A program made the translations under genes and the position numbers. The notes below the pieces were generated by a model. The model made no database searches, had not been told where the DNA came from, and was given only the letters and a program-made list of their open reading frames with translations. Below, one piece after another: positions 57,597-64,000 of a stretch of 64,000 nucleotides of DNA (within the stretch, counting starts at the first letter, position 1; every line of letters starts with the position of its first letter). This DNA comes from Gammaproteobacteria bacterium. GTDB lineage: Bacteria; Pseudomonadota; Gammaproteobacteria; GCA-001735895. The stretch is taken from contig JBNKUM010000101.1 in NCBI GenBank assembly GCA_050298595.1, positions 112,131 through 176,130 of the forward strand, in the 5' to 3' direction.

Positions 57597-58895
57597 TTAG
57601 CCCTTGACCACCCGGTTTCTTCCTTGCTGCTTTGCCTGGTAAAGTGCTGTATCTGCTTGCTGCAGGGCGCTATCTACGCTTTCCTGCTTAGGGTCGATTT
57701 CAACCATCCCAATGCTTACACTTGTTTTGATACGCAATGCCTCACCGTCAATCTCAACCTCGACTCCATGGTAAAAAGCCACACGAATCCGCTCAGCAAT
57801 GTTTTCGACAAGATCCAAATTCCTGGTACGGATTAACGCGGCAAACTCTTCCCCACCGATACGAGCGAACAAATCGCTCTCCCTCAAGTTTGCGTTACAG
57901 ACATTAACAAACGCACATAGCACTTTGTCCCCTATCCCATGGCCGTAGTTATCGTTGATGCGTTTAAAATGATCCAGATCGAACATTAGATAACATATTG
58001 GGATGTCCTTCCCTTCCCGGCGATCCTTCATCACCTGCTCTGCCAATTGCATGAAACTACGCCGGTTTCTTGCACCGGTTAGCGGGTCGGTTTCGGCCAG
58101 ATCTAAGAGGTGCTCCTCACGAATCTTGCGTTCGGTAATGTCGATGGCAGAGCCAACCGCCCACCAGTGATCGCCTCGGCGGATGCGTTCTACATAAAGC
58201 TCGATCGGTAATTCGCTGCCATCCTTACACAGCGCGGCCAACTCCAGCGGTTCTTGCAGCACCAGTTCAGTACCGGTACGGAAAAGTTCCTTCAACCCTC
58301 TGCGTGCTTGTTCGCGTAATGATTCCGGAGTCAGAGTCTCGTGGGCCTTCAGGCCCATAAGTTCGCCCTGGCCGTAGCCAAACAACTTCTCAGCAGCGGG
58401 ATTGACGAACTGAATGCGGCCTAGATCATCGATCAATAAGACCGCGCTTTGTACGGCATCCGTAATGGCCCGCAGCATCGTTTCCTGCTCTGCCAACTCC
58501 CTCTGAGCCTGTTTCAGCTTGATTTGATGGTGCACCCGCAGAAGGGTTATAGCGGCATTGACCGGTTTGGTAATGTAATCCACCGCTCCCAGGCTCAGCC
58601 CCTCTGCCTCATTACCTTCATCCGTCAGGGCTGTGATATAAATAACGGGTATTTGTTCCGTTATGGGATCGCACTTGAGATGTCTCAACACTTCGAAGCC
58701 ATCCATATCCGGCATTTGTATGTCGAGCAAGATCAGCTCAGGCACGGGGCTAGCTCTGGCCAGCCGTAGTGCTCTTTCACCAGTGGTTGCGGCGATGACG
58801 GCAAACTCTTCACGCAGGATGTTCATCATCAGGTGCAGATTTTCCGCAACGTCATCCACGATGAGGATCTTTGGCTTAGCGTTGGATTCTGTCAT
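57597..58895 (-). CDS. REC-PAS-GGDEF diguanylate cyclase response regulator
   Basis: ILIVDD..LLDIQMPDMDG..DYITKP; PAS NPAAEKLFGY; DPLTG..RESD..RIGGEEF. Confidence 0.94.
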   Translation of the reverse strand: MTESNAKPKILIVDDVAENLHLMMNILREEFAVIAATTGERALRLARASPVPELILLDIQMPDMDGFEVLRHLKCDPITEQIPVIYITALTDEGNEAEGLSLGAVDYITKPVNAAITLLRVHHQIKLKQAQRELAEQETMLRAITDAVQSAVLLIDDLGRIQFVNPAAEKLFGYGQGELMGLKAHETLTPESLREQARRGLKELFRTGTELVLQEPLELAALCKDGSELPIELYVERIRRGDHWWAVGSAIDITERKIREEHLLDLAETDPLTGARNRRSFMQLAEQVMKDRREGKDIPICYLMFDLDHFKRINDNYGHGIGDKVLCAFVNVCNANLRESDLFARIGGEEFAALIRTRNLDLVENIAERIRVAFYHGVEVEIDGEALRIKTSVSIGMVEIDPKQESVDSALQQADTALYQAKQQGRNRVVKG

Positions 58896-59040
58896 TTTTT
58901 CTTTTCAAGGCCTCAGCCTCATCGATATCGAAAGGTTTGCTGATGTAGTCAGCGGCACCAAGGTAAAATCCCTCGACCTTCGCATCCGCGTCATCGAGCA
59001 CGAGGACTGTTACCTTATGTATTTTAGACTTTCCTTCCAT
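58876..59040 (-). pseudogene. Internally deleted receiver-domain gene (54 aa)
   Basis: MEGKSKIHKVTVLVLDD joined directly to ADAKVEGFYLGAADYISKPFDIDE. Confidence 0.65.
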
Positions 59041-59042
59041 GG

Positions 59043-62000
59043 TCATTGTGCTTTGTCCTGATGGCTACCCCAGTTATCGAGCAGCAGCAGCGCTTTGTCT
59101 GTTTCAAATTTTTCCATCTCAGAGGCAACCTGTTCGATCGCTTCTTCCTGCTTAGTGCCTCTCAAGCTGCAACGCAATTCTCCAAGCAGGGTTTCGGCGG
59201 CACCCAGATCGTTATTCAGCAATGTCCTCAGGCGCGCCAGCTTTGCAGGTAACTCAGTCATATCCAACGGCGTGGCGGCTACTGGCTGGCTGGACAGGAC
59301 AAGCCCGTCAAGCTCCAGCATCACGTCTGACAGGCGCCGGGCGAAGCGTTCGAACAGCAGAGTTCCAGGTCGCTCGCCCTGTTTGAGCAAATCGTCCAGT
59401 TCGGTGACACAGTCGGACAGCGCAGTGGCACCGATGCTACCACTGATACCCCTGAGAGCATGGCAATAGGCCTCACCCGCATCGAGGCCCTGTTCATCTA
59501 TGATCCTCTGCAGCGTCTTCGCTGCATCGCTGTAACGAGCGTGAAAACGTTGCAACTGGCGTCGGTAGGCATCCGGCTTATCGCCGATACGGTGAATACC
59601 CTGAGCAGCATTCAGATGTTGCAGCGCCAGCAGGTCAGTGTTACCCGAAGCTTTGTCCTGTTGCGTTAGCTCCGCCTGTTTGGCCGCCGTGCGCCGTTCT
59701 TGCGGGATATCTATCCACTTGCCTAGTACCCTGGCCAGTCGCTCCGGGTCGATGGGCTTGATCACGTGGTCGTTCATGCCCGCATTGAATGACTTCTGCT
59801 TGTCTTCCGCCATTGCCATGGCTGTCATGGCAATGATGGGGGTACGGGCAAACCAGTCGTCTTCCTTCTCTGACAGGGCGCGGATGCGACGACTGGCTTG
59901 CAGGCCGTCGAGTTCCGGCATCTCGATATCCATGAGAATGGCGTCGTAGCAGCTTTGCTGTGCTTTTTTTACCGCTTCCAGGCCATTCACCGCAACGCTT
60001 ACCTCGATATTCATACTGTGTAGCAATTCTTCGGCGAATTCGCGATTGATCTCGTTGTCCTCCACCAAAAGCAGATGGGCGCCGACATAGGGCGCCAGTG
60101 TATCGGACACTTCTGCTCCGCGGGTTCTGTACGGCGGCTTTAGAAGCCTGACCTGTTTGAGTGTCGACAACAGTGTGTCGAGCAATAACGAAGGCGAAAC
60201 CGGCTTGGTTAGAAAGGCATCAATACCCGCATACTCCGCGGTCTCGGCCATATTTTCAAGACTAAAGGCGGTCACCATAATCACCTTTGGCCGGGGATCG
60301 ATACGGGTATCGTCATGGATACGTCGGGCGGTTTCATCGCCGTTCATCTGCGGCATGCGCCAATCCATCAACACGATGTCGTAAGGCGCATCCTGCGCCC
60401 CGGCCAGCCTTTCAATAGCAGTCTTACCGTCGGCAACATCATCAACATCGAGATGGAATTGCTGAAGGGTCTCACTGAGAATTTCGCGCGAAATCGCATT
60501 GTCGTCCACCACCAGTACGCGCACTCCTTTGAGCAACGCCCCCGTCTGCTGAAGCAGAATTTCCCGGTAGGCGATCGATTTTTCCACCAGGCCCAGGCGC
60601 ACGGTACAGCCCATGGTAGTGCCCTCGTCGGGGGCGGAGCGCTCTATCCACACGTCCCCGTGCATCAAGCCTGCCAGGTTCTTGCTGATGGTCAGCCCCA
60701 GACCGGTACCACCAAAGCGGCGCGTGTGACTCTGGTCGCTCTGGGTGAATTTATGAAACAGGCGCTGTTGTTGCTCGGGCGTCATGCCGATACCAGTGTC
60801 ACGCACCGAGATGCGCAGTGTCACCGAGTCGGCATCGCTTTCCTGTAGTGCCAGGGCAAGTTCCACCTCACCCTCTGCGGTGAACTTGATCGCGTTGCTG
60901 CACAGGTTGAGCAGTATCTGTCCAATCCGTAGGGGATCGCCGATCAGCAGCACCGGAAGGCTGACATCGTGGCGCACCATAAATTCCAGTCCTTTCTGAT
61001 CGGCCAACAGGGCGATAGTGTCGACCGTCTGCTGCACTACCTTACCCAGATCGAATTCGATAGCCTCAACCTCCAGTTTGCCTGCCTCAATCTTGGAAAA
61101 GTCGAGGATGTCGTTGATGATACCGAGCAGGGATTGAGCGGCGCTCTGGGCCTTGATCAGGTGATTGCGTTGACTCGGTGACAGATCGGATCTAAGCGCC
61201 AGATACAGCATGCCAAGGATGGCATTCATCGGCGTGCGAATCTCGTGACTCATGCTGGCGAGAAAATCCGACTTGGCCCGCGTGGCGGTCTCGGCCATCT
61301 CCTTTGCCTTTGCATGCTCGACGGTTTGCCATTGCAGCTCACTGGTACGCTGCCTCACCCGTTGTTCCAGCTCTTTGTTCAGTTTTCGCAGTGCCTCCTG
61401 ACTGTCGCGCAATTGCCGGTGCATGGTATGAAATGCATTGCCCAGCACATCAAACTCTGTTTTAGGGGTCAGGGTATAGGTGAAGTTGCCCCTGGCAATC
61501 TGCTCCGCAGCAGTTGCCAATTCTGTCAGGTAGGCGGTCATCTGGTTAAAAGCATGGCCCAGGGCATCCTTTTCCGAAAGCGGCTGAAATGTCTGGCGCA
61601 GGTCGCCATGAGCAATCAGGGTGGCTACACCAGCCATCTTGTCGAGATTGGCCACCATTTTTTGAAATGCCTGTAATAATAATCCGATCTCATCCTGGGA
61701 TTTCAGCGCCTTTGCCGTTGCAAGCGGAGTGAAATCGAATTCCCCCCTGGAAACGCGATTTGCAACCGACACAACCGTATTCAGTGGCCTGGAAATATTT
61801 AGCCTGACTAACAGCAGGAGCATCAGTGTTTCGACAGCGATCAGCACCACCAGTACTAGCACGACTGCGATAGTGATTTCCCTTACCTGAGTCACCACGA
61901 ACTGGTTGGAGAAAAACACTCGACATGTACCGACTATTTCACCATTGTAGACAACATCGACCTGCGATTCTTTTTGCGAGTTGAATTCATCGGGAAAATG

Positions 62001-62354
62001 GATGGACTGCTCATCACTACCGCTCAGATCGACAATTTCCCCTGTCTGCGGATCTTTACCAAAGAACATCTCCTCATGCAAATCGTCAATGGTATGAATG
62101 GCCAGGATGTCGGGGTCACTGAGATAGGATAAGATCACTGCCTTTACCTGTTTATTATCCAACTCCCATAATGGATTTCGCATGCTGATAGCTTGCTGTT
62201 TCAGGACCTGCTCAGCTTTGTTTTCCAGCAACTGGCTGAATTTATTCTCCTGATGACGAATGATCAAAATTCCAAGTGCAGATACGATAATTGTTGTCAC
62301 CAGAGTAATCTGAATGACAAACTTCGTCCCGATACTTTTTTTTGCATTCAACAT
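59043..62354 (-). CDS. Hybrid sensor histidine kinase (TM, HAMPs, HisKA, HATPase, 2 REC, Hpt)
   Basis: [36 protein letters not shown], two REC domains, [13 protein letters not shown]. Confidence 0.96.
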   Translation of the reverse strand: MLNAKKSIGTKFVIQITLVTTIIVSALGILIIRHQENKFSQLLENKAEQVLKQQAISMRNPLWELDNKQVKAVILSYLSDPDILAIHTIDDLHEEMFFGKDPQTGEIVDLSGSDEQSIHFPDEFNSQKESQVDVVYNGEIVGTCRVFFSNQFVVTQVREITIAVVLVLVVLIAVETLMLLLLVRLNISRPLNTVVSVANRVSRGEFDFTPLATAKALKSQDEIGLLLQAFQKMVANLDKMAGVATLIAHGDLRQTFQPLSEKDALGHAFNQMTAYLTELATAAEQIARGNFTYTLTPKTEFDVLGNAFHTMHRQLRDSQEALRKLNKELEQRVRQRTSELQWQTVEHAKAKEMAETATRAKSDFLASMSHEIRTPMNAILGMLYLALRSDLSPSQRNHLIKAQSAAQSLLGIINDILDFSKIEAGKLEVEAIEFDLGKVVQQTVDTIALLADQKGLEFMVRHDVSLPVLLIGDPLRIGQILLNLCSNAIKFTAEGEVELALALQESDADSVTLRISVRDTGIGMTPEQQQRLFHKFTQSDQSHTRRFGGTGLGLTISKNLAGLMHGDVWIERSAPDEGTTMGCTVRLGLVEKSIAYREILLQQTGALLKGVRVLVVDDNAISREILSETLQQFHLDVDDVADGKTAIERLAGAQDAPYDIVLMDWRMPQMNGDETARRIHDDTRIDPRPKVIMVTAFSLENMAETAEYAGIDAFLTKPVSPSLLLDTLLSTLKQVRLLKPPYRTRGAEVSDTLAPYVGAHLLLVEDNEINREFAEELLHSMNIEVSVAVNGLEAVKKAQQSCYDAILMDIEMPELDGLQASRRIRALSEKEDDWFARTPIIAMTAMAMAEDKQKSFNAGMNDHVIKPIDPERLARVLGKWIDIPQERRTAAKQAELTQQDKASGNTDLLALQHLNAAQGIHRIGDKPDAYRRQLQRFHARYSDAAKTLQRIIDEQGLDAGEAYCHALRGISGSIGATALSDCVTELDDLLKQGERPGTLLFERFARRLSDVMLELDGLVLSSQPVAATPLDMTELPAKLARLRTLLNNDLGAAETLLGELRCSLRGTKQEEAIEQVASEMEKFETDKALLLLDNWGSHQDKAQ

Positions 62355-62381
62355 GCTTTTTTGCAGATAAAGTAAGGAGTA

Positions 62382-63275
62382 TCACTCATTCCCATACGTT
62401 GTAAGGTCAAGCCATAATTCCTTGTTGTCGAGATCAATTCCAGGTGGGAGAAATGGATTTTCGATAGTAAACAGTCTGCGCCCTTTAACCTTTGCCTGGT
62501 CAATAATAGGTTTATGGTATTTCCAGAAAAAATCATCAAAGGATCCATCATCCATCATCATGCGCAACCCCCGTTCCAGACGTTCGGCAATTTCGGGATG
62601 TTGACTATTAACGAAGTAATATACCGGATAGGGATAGTATAGAAGAATATTTTCCTCGATCCATAAATCCGGAAGCTTATCTTTACGCAGGTTATACTCG
62701 GGCGGGGCCTCTCCGATGCCTCGTGAAAAGAAATCAAATCTGCCCGCGATCAACATTTTAAACAGGCTTTCATATTCTTTCCCGGTCACAACGGTAAATC
62801 CGTTATGCTCTAAAATCGGTATATCACCCCAGCCAAGGCCTTGTCCAACGCGCAATTGTTTCAGTTCATCCAGGGTTTTTATTGCAGCAAATTTTTGCTG
62901 GTCTTTACGGTTAATAAGAAGAATACGGTAGCCTAAAAGCCCCTTCATCAACGGGATAGGAACAGTGATATAGTCCTGCAGCATCGTCATTTGCAGTATC
63001 GGCCCCCTGTAGACGTTCAACTCCTTACCTTTTTTCAATTCAATTTCTGCCCGCGCAGGGTTATATATAACCCTGGACGGTTGCATGGTATAAGGGCCAT
63101 ATTCCTCAGCGGTCTTTTTCATTACCTCATAAAGCAGCTTAATTTCGTACATACGAGTATCCGGTTCTGCAAATGTGTAGTATTTAATGGTAAAGTCTTC
63201 ACACCACCCACTCTGCCCACCGAGCATAAAAAAACTGACAACAACCACCTTTAGAGTAAAAATACTATTTTTCAT
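62382..63275 (-). CDS. Extracellular solute-binding protein (family 3-like)
   Basis: Signal peptide; PIPLMKGLLGYR, GQGLGWGDIPIL, LFKMLIAGRFDFFSRG, LAERLERGL-type C-terminus. Confidence 0.85.
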   Translation of the reverse strand: MKNSIFTLKVVVVSFFMLGGQSGWCEDFTIKYYTFAEPDTRMYEIKLLYEVMKKTAEEYGPYTMQPSRVIYNPARAEIELKKGKELNVYRGPILQMTMLQDYITVPIPLMKGLLGYRILLINRKDQQKFAAIKTLDELKQLRVGQGLGWGDIPILEHNGFTVVTGKEYESLFKMLIAGRFDFFSRGIGEAPPEYNLRKDKLPDLWIEENILLYYPYPVYYFVNSQHPEIAERLERGLRMMMDDGSFDDFFWKYHKPIIDQAKVKGRRLFTIENPFLPPGIDLDNKELWLDLTTYGNE

Positions 63276-64000
63276 CTTACATACCCCAATTATCTATTAT
63301 ATTAAAAGATTGCCTATGAGGCTCAGCTATTGATCGTGTGTTCTGCATAATGAAAACCATTGTAAAATAAAAAGAGGGGCCATCATGCCGAAAACAAACG
63401 AATCAATTGCAAAAGAGCCTTGCACTGTAAGAGTTTCCTGACCACCAGGGAATCGAAAAGTGGTGCAGTTACGCGCTGTATTCACTGGATTGATCCACAG
63501 GGTATGTTTACCCTTGATCTAGCAAGTGAATTCGCCACTGCTGCGTCGGTCAATCCATTCAGAAGCGACAGGTAGGCCATACCGGAACGAAGTGCTGCGG
63601 CATACTGTTTTCTATCGATCAGAGATTTCATGATTCGTCTCCCTTCTGGACATGTCATATCAATTGATCGCGCTAGGTCACGTCGCTTATCACGAATGTA
63701 CTACAAGTATAGGTCACCATATATTAGAGCGCCATGTTAAAAAGGCCAGTGCAGCAGAGGCTCGCCGCAAGCCGCGCCGATGGGGGCAAGGCCCGCTTAA
63801 GCGCACCAGACCAACTTTCATAGCTTGTTTCCTGCAATGAAATGCTTCATGCAATAACAGAGCCCTGTTCCCGAAACAGTTTCACACAGGCATCGACGAC
63901 TATCACGCCATAAATAATTTAATACCCACCAATCGAAAAAGAAATTAATCTTAATCAATTCAGCTCCGGTTTCAATTAAAAGAAAGCAGGTATCTGAGAT

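Noticed and set aside
59046-61926. Many overlapping short ORFs within the kinase gene
   Set aside because: Shadow ORFs of a GC-rich coding region
63400-63840. Short ORFs at the window end
   Set aside because: No recognisable motifs; possibly gene debris

Overview
Gammaproteobacterial chromosome segment. It opens with the conserved uvrY(gacA)-uvrC-pgsA-tRNA(Gly,Cys,Leu) block. An AT-rich accessory region follows (about 3.4-10.7 kb) with IS remnants, palindromic repeats and small cassette-like genes. These genes are interleaved with several copies of a ~23-bp GGGGTCAG.../...CTGACCCC end motif that also brackets, as inverted repeats, a Y1 (HUH, RAYT-like) transposase and an internally deleted copy of it. 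Next is a mixed region containing dapA, which is preceded by what looks like a lysine leader-peptide attenuator. It also holds two paralogous small membrane proteins, a diguanylate cyclase, a MITE, a Na/Pi transporter, slt, LysR and others. From 30.3 to 50.4 kb lies an apparently complete extracellular contractile injection system (eCIS; Afp/PVC/AlgoCIS-like) whose tape-measure protein carries five ~100-aa tandem repeats. It is followed by a membrane-anchored GH18-like protein, a DUF4157 protein, a pentameric ligand-gated-channel-like gene, an integrase remnant and a candidate cargo gene. The window ends with a PilZ-like membrane protein, an IS200 pseudogene and a solute-binding protein / hybrid kinase / REC-PAS-GGDEF operon. 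All family calls come from motif recognition by eye; no database searches were run.
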